DNA of 20,122 bases from Promethearchaeota archaeon. Its GTDB lineage: Archaea > Asgardarchaeota > Lokiarchaeia > Sigyniarchaeales > SOKP01. A model generated the notes under the pieces. It did no database searches, was not told where the DNA came from, and worked only from the letters and a program-made list of their open reading frames with translations. The translations under genes and the position numbers were made by a program. Below are positions 7,976 to 16,333 of this stretch, one piece after another. Positions within the stretch are counted from its first letter, which is position 1. Each line of letters begins with the position of its first letter. The stretch covers positions 1 through 20,122 of the forward strand of contig JBHLNS010000052.1 of the NCBI GenBank assembly GCA_048941285.1. The letters are read 5' to 3'.

Positions 7976-10852
7976 ATGAGATTAAATAAGAAACTCGCAT
8001 CATTTTTAGTCCTTTCTATATTTGTCTTTTCTATTATTGGATTTGCAGTAGCTAGATCGAGCTTTTTTGCTGATTTTATAGGAAATGGGCATTCTGGATC
8101 TTGCCATAATGGAAACTTTATTTTGAGTTCTTCCGGTTATATCGATATAAGTTCAAGTTCAGGAAATACCGTAAATTTAGGTGAAATTTTTACTCTCACT
8201 ATAGATATTTTCTCATTCAGTGAAGCTGCGAGTGCTAAGAAAGTAGACTCAGGTTTTCCGAATGGAAATCCTGGTCGCGGTGATAATAAGCAATTTATTT
8301 TTTCCCCTAATCCTCCAAAACTTGAAGTTGATATTGATGGTTCAGGTAATTCTATTAATTCATTAAATTATCAAGTGACTGCTCCAATTACAGAGGGGAG
8401 TTACACCTTAATAGCTGATGCTATTTTTAAGGGCTCTACATATACTTATTATGCTACAGGAAATTTTGTCATCAATGTAATTTTACCTAATAATGCCCCT
8501 CAATTTAATAATCTTATTAAGAGTAGCGATCCTTTAGAATTAGGACAAGGAGAAACAGTTCAAATAGATGTCATTGATACTGAAACAAGTGTTAGTGATG
8601 TTCTCATTGAAATTGAAAGCATAAATTATACTATGACAAATTCTATAGCGGATACATATGAATACAATTGGATTCCGTCTAGTACAGGCTTAGTATTATA
8701 TACAATATATGCAAACGATACTGATGGAAGTTGGAATTCTATTAGTGATAGTATAAATGTAATTGATACAACTGCACCAACATTTTCTAATTTGGTTGAA
8801 AGTTACGACCCATTAGAATTAGGACAAACAGAAATAATCCAAATTAATGCTACAGATCTGTCAGGAATAAGTCAAGTATCTATTGAAATAAGTGGTATGA
8901 ATTATTCCATGGTAAATGTAATTGGTTCAACTTGGGAGTATAACACTTGGACTCCTACTAGCATAGGATTAAAATCTTACATAATTTATGCAAATGATAC
9001 ATTAGGAAATTTAAATTCAATAAGCAGTGATATCACAATTTTGGATACAATTGCACCAACCTACGCCTTTTTAATTGAAAGTGCTGATCCACTACCACTG
9101 GGACAAAATGAAACCATTTCAATTGAAGTATATGATTCACCAGGTTCTGGAGTAAAAGAAGTACTGTTAGAGTATAACAATTTTAATCATACTATGAATT
9201 TCGTTGGTTTTAATACGTGGCATTGGTCTAATTGGAAGCCGTCCTCTATAGGAATTTTTGATTACGTTATTTACATGATTGATAACAGTAATAATTTAAA
9301 TATAACAACAGGATCTATTGATGTATTTATTTCATCTGGACCAACAATACAAAATTTGTCAAAAAGCTCTAATCCTTTGGAATTAGGGCAAATAGAGACA
9401 ATTCAAGTTGACGTTGAAGATAATGATGGAGTGAGCGAAATTTTTATTGAAATCAATGCGATCAATTATACAATGGTACCGATTGGTGGAGTGAGATATG
9501 AATATAGTTGGGTACCAAATTCTTTTGGAACGAAATTTTTTAAAATATATGCTAAGGATTCTTTAAATAATTGGAATCAGATAACTGATAATATCATTGT
9601 ACAAGATACAACACCTCCAAATTATGCAAATTTAACAGTAAATAGTGATCCTCTTGAATTAGGCAATTTAATAATGATTTCAATTGATGCTACAGACTTA
9701 TCAGATATAAAACAGGTGCTTATTGAATATCATGGTGCAAATCATTCAATGCATTTTATTGGGGGGAATAAATGGATAAATAATACTTGGATCCCTAATA
9801 CAGCCGATATTCATCAATACACTATTTATATTCAAGATAATGCAAACAATTGGAACTTTACGATTGGTTCTTTTCAAGTAATTGATACAACTCTTCCCAC
9901 CTTATCAAATTTAAATGAAAGCGCTGAATTTTTAGAATTAGGACAAACCGAGATAATTTCAATTGATATTTTTGATTTTGCACCTATAACTCTTGCAAAT
10001 ATTGAGATTAATAGTAATAATTACACATTGAATAATATCGGAGGAGGAACATGGCAGTATAGTTGGATTCCAGATTCTATAGGACTAAAATTCTATAGAA
10101 TATACGCTAGAGATTCAAATAATAATTGGAACTATATAGATGGCAATATTACTGCAATAGATACGAGTGGACCAACTTTTTCAAACCTATTAGAAAGTGC
10201 AGATCCATTAGAATTAGGTAATACCGCTGCAATTCAAGTAGATGTTTTTGATTTTTCTCCACTAAATTTTATTTTGTTTGAGAATGCAGGTATCAATTAT
10301 TCTATGACAAATATAGGAGGGATAACGTGGCAATTTAATAATTGGACTCCAGCAAGGATGGGATTAAAATTCTATAGTCTTCATGCTGTTGATTCACTAA
10401 ATAACATGGTATCATTAAAGAATAATATTACCGTTGTAGATACAATAGGCCCAACATTTTCAAATGTAGTTATTAATAATAAAACAATAATTATTGGGCA
10501 GTCTATTTTGATTCAAGTAGATATTATAGACCCATCTAATGTTTCTAATGTTTTAATTGAATATGAAGGTTTTAATCATTCTATGATTAACATCGCTGGA
10601 AATAGTTGGGAATATAATTGGATCCCAAGTTCAACAGGGGATATATCTTTAGTTATTTATGCAAACGACAACAATAACAATTGGAATATAATAAATTATA
10701 ATATCGTTGTTAATAAAAAATTAACATCCAATTATATAATGTCAATAAAAGAAATTATTGAAGTTACAATAAATATCAGTATAATTAGTATAATTATAGC
10801 TGGAATAGTGATCATAATAAGAACTTCAAGAACAAAACGATTTATTAAATAA
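7976..10852 (+). CDS. Large surface protein: signal peptide, single-Cys H-x3-CH domain, 8 Ig-like repeats, C-terminal TM anchor
   Basis: AVA-type cleavage site, GHSGSCH (8090-8107, the only Cys in 958 aa), GDNKQF, APITEGSYTL. Eight ~93-aa repeats, then a hydrophobic helix and basic tail. Lies between ccmF and ccmA on the same strand. Confidence 0.8.
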   Translation: MRLNKKLASFLVLSIFVFSIIGFAVARSSFFADFIGNGHSGSCHNGNFILSSSGYIDISSSSGNTVNLGEIFTLTIDIFSFSEAASAKKVDSGFPNGNPGRGDNKQFIFSPNPPKLEVDIDGSGNSINSLNYQVTAPITEGSYTLIADAIFKGSTYTYYATGNFVINVILPNNAPQFNNLIKSSDPLELGQGETVQIDVIDTETSVSDVLIEIESINYTMTNSIADTYEYNWIPSSTGLVLYTIYANDTDGSWNSISDSINVIDTTAPTFSNLVESYDPLELGQTEIIQINATDLSGISQVSIEISGMNYSMVNVIGSTWEYNTWTPTSIGLKSYIIYANDTLGNLNSISSDITILDTIAPTYAFLIESADPLPLGQNETISIEVYDSPGSGVKEVLLEYNNFNHTMNFVGFNTWHWSNWKPSSIGIFDYVIYMIDNSNNLNITTGSIDVFISSGPTIQNLSKSSNPLELGQIETIQVDVEDNDGVSEIFIEINAINYTMVPIGGVRYEYSWVPNSFGTKFFKIYAKDSLNNWNQITDNIIVQDTTPPNYANLTVNSDPLELGNLIMISIDATDLSDIKQVLIEYHGANHSMHFIGGNKWINNTWIPNTADIHQYTIYIQDNANNWNFTIGSFQVIDTTLPTLSNLNESAEFLELGQTEIISIDIFDFAPITLANIEINSNNYTLNNIGGGTWQYSWIPDSIGLKFYRIYARDSNNNWNYIDGNITAIDTSGPTFSNLLESADPLELGNTAAIQVDVFDFSPLNFILFENAGINYSMTNIGGITWQFNNWTPARMGLKFYSLHAVDSLNNMVSLKNNITVVDTIGPTFSNVVINNKTIIIGQSILIQVDIIDPSNVSNVLIEYEGFNHSMINIAGNSWEYNWIPSSTGDISLVIYANDNNNNWNIINYNIVVNKKLTSNYIMSIKEIIEVTINISIISIIIAGIVIIIRTSRTKRFIK
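8489..10711 (+). repeat. 8 tandem ~93-aa Ig-like beta-sandwich repeats
   Basis: Repeat starts NNAP, DTTAP, DTIAP, ISSGP, DTTPP, DTTLP, DTSGP, DTIGP. Consensus DPLELGQ...I.I.V.D...V.IE....N(Y/H)(T/S)M......W.Y.W.P...G...Y.IYA.D..NNWN. Confidence 0.88.
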
Positions 10853-10857
10853 AATAA

Positions 10858-10867
10858 TTTTTTTTTT
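10858..10867 (+). terminator. Oligo-T tract, candidate archaeal terminator after the 958-aa gene
   Basis: T10 starting 5 nt after the stop codon. The AT-rich background limits certainty. Confidence 0.45.
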
Positions 10868-10930
10868 AATTTTTAATTAATTCTCTTTATTAAGTTTTTT
10901 AAACAATTTTAGGAACATTGATTTGAAACT

Positions 10931-11644
10931 ATGGTTCAATCCAATAAAAATATGATAAAATGCATAAATATATCAAAACAATTTGGTTATTTTCTTGCAC
11001 TCAAAAAAATTTCTCTCACAATAAAAGAAAATACGATATTCGGGATAGCAGGAGCAAATGGGGCAGGAAAAACGACCTTAATTAAAATTTTATCAGGATT
11101 ACTTAAACCAACTTTTGGCAGTATTGAGGTTGAAGGAATGAATTATCTAAACCATTCAGATATTTTGAAACAAAATATCGGTATTACTACGGATGAATCA
11201 TTTCTTTATGAGGAACTAACTATTCTGGAAAATTTAATGTTTTATGGTAATCTTCACCTAAATTTTCAAAAAACTATTTTAAAGTCAAAAATTGAACAAA
11301 TGGTGGAACAATTCAATTTAAAAGATTGGTTAAATGAACCTGTTAGAATTTTATCTCATGGGATGAGACAAAAAGTTGAATTAATAAGAGCTTTAATACA
11401 TGAGCCTTCAATATTATTTCTGGATGAACCGTTTTCAGGATTAGATTATAATGCAACTACAATGTTGATTAATTTCTTTAAAGAATTAAAAAAAAATAAA
11501 AAGATATCGATTATTCTCTCAACTCATAAAATTGAAGTATTCCAACAAATTTGTGATGATTTGATCGTATTAAAACAAGGAAAAATCAATAAAGCTTTTA
11601 TAAATGAGAGATTTGACGAAACTGAAATTAAATCTTATTTTTAG
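10931..11644 (+). CDS. ccmA: Heme exporter ABC ATPase CcmA
   Basis: Walker A GANGAGKTT, signature LSHGMRQK, Walker B LFLDEPFSGLD, STH switch. Directly upstream of ccmB. Confidence 0.88.
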   Translation: MVQSNKNMIKCINISKQFGYFLALKKISLTIKENTIFGIAGANGAGKTTLIKILSGLLKPTFGSIEVEGMNYLNHSDILKQNIGITTDESFLYEELTILENLMFYGNLHLNFQKTILKSKIEQMVEQFNLKDWLNEPVRILSHGMRQKVELIRALIHEPSILFLDEPFSGLDYNATTMLINFFKELKKNKKISIILSTHKIEVFQQICDDLIVLKQGKINKAFINERFDETEIKSYF

Positions 11645-11656
11645 GAGGATTATATA

Positions 11657-12382
11657 ATGAAAGATGAGAAAGTAACCCTGAAATCAAAACTGAAATTACT
11701 AAAAATTATTTTATCTAAAGATATTAGATCTGAACTTAGACAAATTAATGATTTATTTTCAATATTCCTCTTTGATTTAATCTCAATCTTTATATTTTCA
11801 TCAGTATATAACTTTGGCACTCAATATCAAAATATGCCATTGGAGGTTTTTGTTATTGAAAATTGGCTCATTATATTCTTTACACTTGTTTATATTATGT
11901 CTAAACTTTTCATTAAAGAGAAAGATTCTGGAACAATTGGGGGAATACTCTCATCTCCTATATCTGCTAATCTATTAATTGCAAGTAAAATCATTTTTTG
12001 TCTAATTCTACTAAGTTTTGTAGAGTTAATCCTTTTTCTCTTTAGTACATTTATATCAGTGCCTTCTATTAGTAACTTTAACGCCTCTCAATTAATGATT
12101 TATGTCTTTTTGGGTATTTTATTACCGACATTGGATCTATCTATATGTGGGAGTTTAGTCTCTGCTTTTTCTATGTATGTTAAGAATAAATCTTTTATTT
12201 TGCCAATTTTGCTTTTTCCATTAATTCTTCCTATTATTACTCCCATTATTTCAATTAATATAAAAATCTTAGAAGGTGAATTAATAACTAGTCTATATTA
12301 TGAAATTATATTTTTTTGCGCCCATATTGTTCTCATGAGTTCGATAACGATATTAACTTCACAAGCTCTCTTATACGATTAA
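11657..12382 (+). CDS. ccmB: Heme exporter permease CcmB
   Basis: KDIRSELR, FIKEKDSGT..GILSSP, ASKI, ILPILLFPLILP motifs; about 6 TM. GGAGG SD at the ccmA/ccmB junction. Confidence 0.92.
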   Translation: MKDEKVTLKSKLKLLKIILSKDIRSELRQINDLFSIFLFDLISIFIFSSVYNFGTQYQNMPLEVFVIENWLIIFFTLVYIMSKLFIKEKDSGTIGGILSSPISANLLIASKIIFCLILLSFVELILFLFSTFISVPSISNFNASQLMIYVFLGILLPTLDLSICGSLVSAFSMYVKNKSFILPILLFPLILPIITPIISINIKILEGELITSLYYEIIFFCAHIVLMSSITILTSQALLYD

Positions 12383-12389
12383 ATAAGAT

Positions 12390-12734
12390 TTAACTACATT
12401 GAGTAAGGATTTGGGTTGCTACTAAAACCAATGAGGAATTAAAAACACCTGTTACCACAACTTCAATTCCATTCTCAAGATCACTAGGAGGAGTTAACCC
12501 ATTTATATCGACATAAATACTATAATCTCCCTCAGTTAAATTGAAGTAGTTAGCATTAAAATCTTCAACAATCCCGATAATTTGAACTTCTTTATTATCA
12601 TATTTGGTGGGATTTAAGGCGACTTGAGAAACTTTAAGATAAGGGCGTGCATTAGTGGTAAGTAATGTAATTATGATTATTATAGATATAATAATTCCTA
12701 CAATTGCAATAATTTTAGATTTTTTTAGCTTCAT
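12390..12734 (-). CDS. ccmE: Heme chaperone CcmE, Cys-type, C-terminally truncated
   Basis: N-terminal TM, YLKVSQV, OB-fold (VQIIGIV...PSDLENGIEVVVTG...ATQILTQC). Ends Cys-Ser-stop where HxxxY/CxxxY normally lies. Confidence 0.88.
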   Translation of the reverse strand: MKLKKSKIIAIVGIIISIIIIITLLTTNARPYLKVSQVALNPTKYDNKEVQIIGIVEDFNANYFNLTEGDYSIYVDINGLTPPSDLENGIEVVVTGVFNSSLVLVATQILTQCS

Positions 12735-12894
12735 TGTCTATTTCTTTTAAGTTATTATCTAAATTTTTAATTCTTTTTAATATCTTTTTTAATCTAAGTT
12801 TAGGATATAAGATTAGAATTATAATAACTGCCCAAAAAAATATATAACTAACAATTATAGTTATTAAATCTTGATAGAAATATTGTAATAACAT
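12715..12894 (-). CDS. ccmD: CcmD-like small membrane protein (59 aa, missing from the ORF track)
   Basis: Hand translation: MLLQYFYQDLITIIVSYIFFWAVIIILILYPKLRLKKILKRIKNLDNNLKEIDNEAKKI*. One TM then a basic tail, GAGGAG SD in the end of ccmC, located exactly between ccmC and ccmE. Confidence 0.8.
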   Translation of the reverse strand: MLLQYFYQDLITIIVSYIFFWAVIIILILYPKLRLKKILKRIKNLDNNLKEIDNEAKKI

Positions 12895-12899
12895 TTAAT

Positions 12900-13631
12900 T
12901 TACTCCTCGATTAACCTTTTTTGTATAATTAGATCTAATTTTTCTTTTGTTTTATCTAATTCTCCTAACCTTTGAATAACATAAAAAAATAAGATGGTTA
13001 TTCCGATCAAATTAAAAATTAACATAAAAATTTTCACTGGATCCCAGTAAATATTCCCAGGTTCTCCAGGAGTTGGATTAATTAATGGATGTAAACTTGT
13101 GAATATAATAGCAGAGAAGTAACTCAAGGGAACTGTTGGAAATAATGTGATACCTAAAACTGAAGATAATTTTGCTCTTTTTTCTTTATCTTCAATCATA
13201 CTTCTAAAGATTAAATAAGATAGATAACAAAGAAGTAACACTAAAGTCATAGTTTGTCTCCCATCACTCCATTGCCAAAATATATTGTTATAATCTCCAG
13301 AAGTAGCATTGTACCATAAAGATCCGGTAATTAAAGTAAATGCAGTAAAAAATACTCCTACAATAATACTATTTGTACCTAAACGGTTCCAATTTAATTC
13401 GTGTTTCTTTAAATAAATGATATGAAATAATAAACTAATACCAAATGACAAATATGCAAGCCATGCCCCAGAGACATGGTAAAAAAATATAATGTATACT
13501 ATACGATTAGGACTCCCCCATAAAATTAGGTTTAAAGAAGTTAGGATTAAAATTAATAACAAATTGATAACAAGCATTGTCAAAGAAAGGATTAACATAA
13601 AGTTAGACTGAAATATTTTCCTACCTTTCAT
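12900..13631 (-). CDS. ccmC: Heme transporter/chaperone loader CcmC with a divergent WWD domain
   Basis: IFFYHVSGAW (His1), LITGSLW...WQWSDGRQT (WWD), YLIFR, TSLHP (His2); about 6 TM. Confidence 0.92.
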   Translation of the reverse strand: MKGRKIFQSNFMLILSLTMLVINLLLILILTSLNLILWGSPNRIVYIIFFYHVSGAWLAYLSFGISLLFHIIYLKKHELNWNRLGTNSIIVGVFFTAFTLITGSLWYNATSGDYNNIFWQWSDGRQTMTLVLLLCYLSYLIFRSMIEDKEKRAKLSSVLGITLFPTVPLSYFSAIIFTSLHPLINPTPGEPGNIYWDPVKIFMLIFNLIGITILFFYVIQRLGELDKTKEKLDLIIQKRLIEE

Positions 13632-13732
13632 AATGGAATATTATTGAATTAAAATTTTGATATATTTTCATATAAATTTAATTAATTTTACATTTAAGAC
13701 ATTTTTTTTTAACATTTAAAATTTGAGGTTAT

Positions 13733-13749
13733 AAAAAAAAAAAAAAAAA
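13733..13749 (-). terminator. T17 tract (minus strand), candidate terminator of the 15074->13759 gene pair
   Basis: Run of 17 A on the + strand, beginning about 10 nt past the stop of 13759..14424. Confidence 0.55.
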
Positions 13750-13758
13750 TTAAAAATT

Positions 13759-14424
13759 TCATTTCTTTTTACGTCTAATCAATAGGATGATTACTCCAGA
13801 GGCAGCAATTCCACCTGCAATATATAAAAATGCATTATTAAATGGTATGAACGATACTAAGGAAGCAATGTTAACAGAATCTGAAGTCACTGTAAATACT
13901 AATGTTTTATGAAGATAAATAATAGACTGTGCATCACCAGTAGTATTCATTGCGTTAACAACAGCAATTACTAAATTATATACTCCATCAGTTTCAGGGG
14001 GTAATACTCTAAATTTTAATGGATTGACTGTATTTCCATTTGCATTTAATTCAACTTCCCATATTGCGACACCCCAGTAATCAGTAAGCCCATTAACTGT
14101 GTTTTCTGCGATTCCTAATCCAAATTCTTTATTATCACCTAGCCCATAAGGAATACTGATAGCAAAGCTTCCTGATCTACCATTATTAGATTCAAGAGCA
14201 TCAGTAAAACCTTGTATTGAGGTTCTAAGGGTGACTAATCTCCCAGATGTTACTGTCGATACTGTTAATGTTCCTGCTGAAGCTGCATCACTAGAACCAT
14301 GACATCCTGTATGGGAAGCACCTTGATAATTCAGAATTTCGGTGGGATATGCGACAGCTGTACCGATTACTCCCACGGCTAAAGCTGTTAATAAAAAGAG
14401 CATTAATACTTTACTATTTTTCAT
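13759..14424 (-). CDS. Secreted, membrane-anchored single-Cys HxxCH domain protein; candidate atypical c-type cytochrome
   Basis: Signal peptide AVA|YP, SHTGCH (HTGCH at 14299-14313, the only Cys), GDNKEF, PPETDGVYNL, C-terminal TM plus RRKKK. Confidence 0.75.
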   Translation of the reverse strand: MKNSKVLMLFLLTALAVGVIGTAVAYPTEILNYQGASHTGCHGSSDAASAGTLTVSTVTSGRLVTLRTSIQGFTDALESNNGRSGSFAISIPYGLGDNKEFGLGIAENTVNGLTDYWGVAIWEVELNANGNTVNPLKFRVLPPETDGVYNLVIAVVNAMNTTGDAQSIIYLHKTLVFTVTSDSVNIASLVSFIPFNNAFLYIAGGIAASGVIILLIRRKKK

Positions 14425-15074
14425 TTTGAATCATCTCCTCTCTTTTTTTTACGGATTACAACGAGAACTATAGGAACAACAGCAAGAAGTCCAGAAGCAA
14501 TTATAAAGATTAATCCATAACCAGGAATAGCACCACCTGAGGATTTAACAGTAACTGTTACTGTGGTTTTAATATAATTAAATGGTTGAACAGTTGCGAA
14601 TGATTCTCCACCATCAACCGCTACGATAGTTAATGTATGTGCACCACCAGTAACAGGAGCATATACAAGAAGTGTTACTGTATTATTACCATTTCCAGAG
14701 GAATCCAATCCAACTTCAAACGCGATTGCTTCAAGATTTCCAGAATGATTTTGAACACCAAAAAAGAAACCATGATTATCACTAATTCTAGCTGATATGC
14801 CAACTAAAACATGCTTATTTGCTGCCGCTGTAAATCCAGTTATAGTAAGTGTAACATTAAATTGAGTCCCAGGATCAATTATATCAGTGCTAATATTAAC
14901 TGGTGAAACTGTTGCAGATAAAGTGCCAGCTGATTCTGTATAAGTTCCCGCATGACACGAACCATGATCCATTTCTTCCCATTCTATCATATAACCAGGC
15001 CATGCGCTAACAGTACCTACTATTGCGAATACAAAGAATACTATAATGAACAATCGTAAAAATTTTTTGTTCAC
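14421..15074 (-). CDS. Secreted single-Cys HxxCH domain protein with an IPGY (Loki-CTERM/PGF-CTERM-like) sorting tail; candidate atypical c-type cytochrome
   Basis: GTG start, signal peptide VSA|WP, DHGSCH (HGSCH at 14952-14966, the only Cys), SDNHGF, APVTGGAHTL, IPGY-TM-RKKKR. ATGA overlap with the next paralog. Confidence 0.75.
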   Translation of the reverse strand: MNKKFLRLFIIVFFVFAIVGTVSAWPGYMIEWEEMDHGSCHAGTYTESAGTLSATVSPVNISTDIIDPGTQFNVTLTITGFTAAANKHVLVGISARISDNHGFFFGVQNHSGNLEAIAFEVGLDSSGNGNNTVTLLVYAPVTGGAHTLTIVAVDGGESFATVQPFNYIKTTVTVTVKSSGGAIPGYGLIFIIASGLLAVVPIVLVVIRKKKRGDDSK

Positions 15075-15360
15075 TTTCTATCTCACTTTAATTCTTTTAC
15101 ATTTTTGATTATTTTAAAGTAAATTGTTTCAAATTTAAGAAAAATAGCTTCTTTTATAAGCATTACTTAAATAGGATTATTTAAACAATCAAACTTCCCT
15201 GTGTTTCAATCTTCAACAATTTTTTATAAATTATTTAAATCTGAAACTGGGAAAAAAGCTGTTTTACATAATTGTAATCAAAAATCAATAGTAAAGCGTT
15301 CAAAATAAATAATGCTTTAATAATCAGATAATTTATTTAATTTTTTTAGGATAAAATATG

Positions 15361-15924
15361 TTAAAAATTACCACATCCACTACATTTACCATCAAGAAAG
15401 GCATTACACTCTTTGCAGATATTATCACATTTTTGTTCTTTACTAATGCCACTAAAAAGGTTAAGAGGAAGAAATTTAGGAACAATCAAATCAGAAGTAA
15501 ATATAATTGCGGAGTGTAATACACCTTTTTTATTAGTAGGGCCACAAAAGTTAATATATCTACGTAAAACATCGACACTTTGTCCAATTATTCCAAATAT
15601 TAAATTATATTGACCAGTCACATGTGCTAATAGAAATACTCTAGGACACTCAGCATATGCGTCACTTATTTTCTGAACCTCTTCAAAATTTTTCATTTCC
15701 ATTAAAATAAACGCTATATAATAATTTAAGTTCTTAGCACTTATATTTCCTTGAATCTTAAGAATCCCAGTATCTTCTAATTTAGAAATACGATTTGCGA
15801 TTCCAGCATGGCTCATAGTATCATGATTTGATTTTATAATAGTTTTGCTTAAGGAACTAAAACTATCACGCCCATTATTAAATAAGGCAGTTAAAATTTG
15901 TTTATCAATTTGATCCAATAACAT
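15361..15924 (-). CDS. Lrp/AsnC-family transcriptional regulator with a Cys-rich C-terminal tail
   Basis: LDQIDKQIL..L..NGR HTH start, RISKLEDTGIL, RAM domain (CPRV..AHVTGQYNL), tail Cx3Cx2Cx7Cx2C. Start moved to ATG 15924 so it aligns with the 187-aa paralog. Confidence 0.9.
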   Translation of the reverse strand: MLLDQIDKQILTALFNNGRDSFSSLSKTIIKSNHDTMSHAGIANRISKLEDTGILKIQGNISAKNLNYYIAFILMEMKNFEEVQKISDAYAECPRVFLLAHVTGQYNLIFGIIGQSVDVLRRYINFCGPTNKKGVLHSAIIFTSDLIVPKFLPLNLFSGISKEQKCDNICKECNAFLDGKCSGCGNF

Positions 15925-16333
15925 AATTATATCACTAGAAACTCTCATATTAAAAAGAATTCTTTATATTTAACGAATTTGGTTAACCTCAACCATCCAA
16001 TATAATTAGGATTCAATTTGCAACAGATTTTAATTAAAAGTTTAAATTTGAAAAATCTAAATTATTATTTATATTCCGGGTAGATTCTTTCATCAAAAAT
16101 TTCAAAATCTAGAAAAAACAAAACTTTTAAGAGTTAAACTAATACATGTCAAATATTAAAAAATCACAATATAACATGTTATTAACATTAAAGTATCAAT
16201 TTTTCTTGTATAATGCCAAATAATTTAAAATGTTTTTACTTTGATAAATATCATATTGTTTATAACCAACAAACTTTAAAATCTGCAAATTAAGTTATAT
16301 TTAATATAACCATAGATCATTAGTCTGAATAAT

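Noticed and set aside
8489-10711. Repeats as a CRISPR array or mobile-element repeats
   Set aside because: They are degenerate in-frame protein repeats with no identical DNA repeat-spacer structure. No cas, transposase or integrase genes are in the window.
10931-10945. CcmA and the FAD oxidoreductase both begin MVQSN
   Set aside because: Only five residues, with different codons and no further similarity; probably coincidence.
15413-15613. 66-aa + strand ORF
   Set aside because: Antisense shadow of the Lrp regulator.
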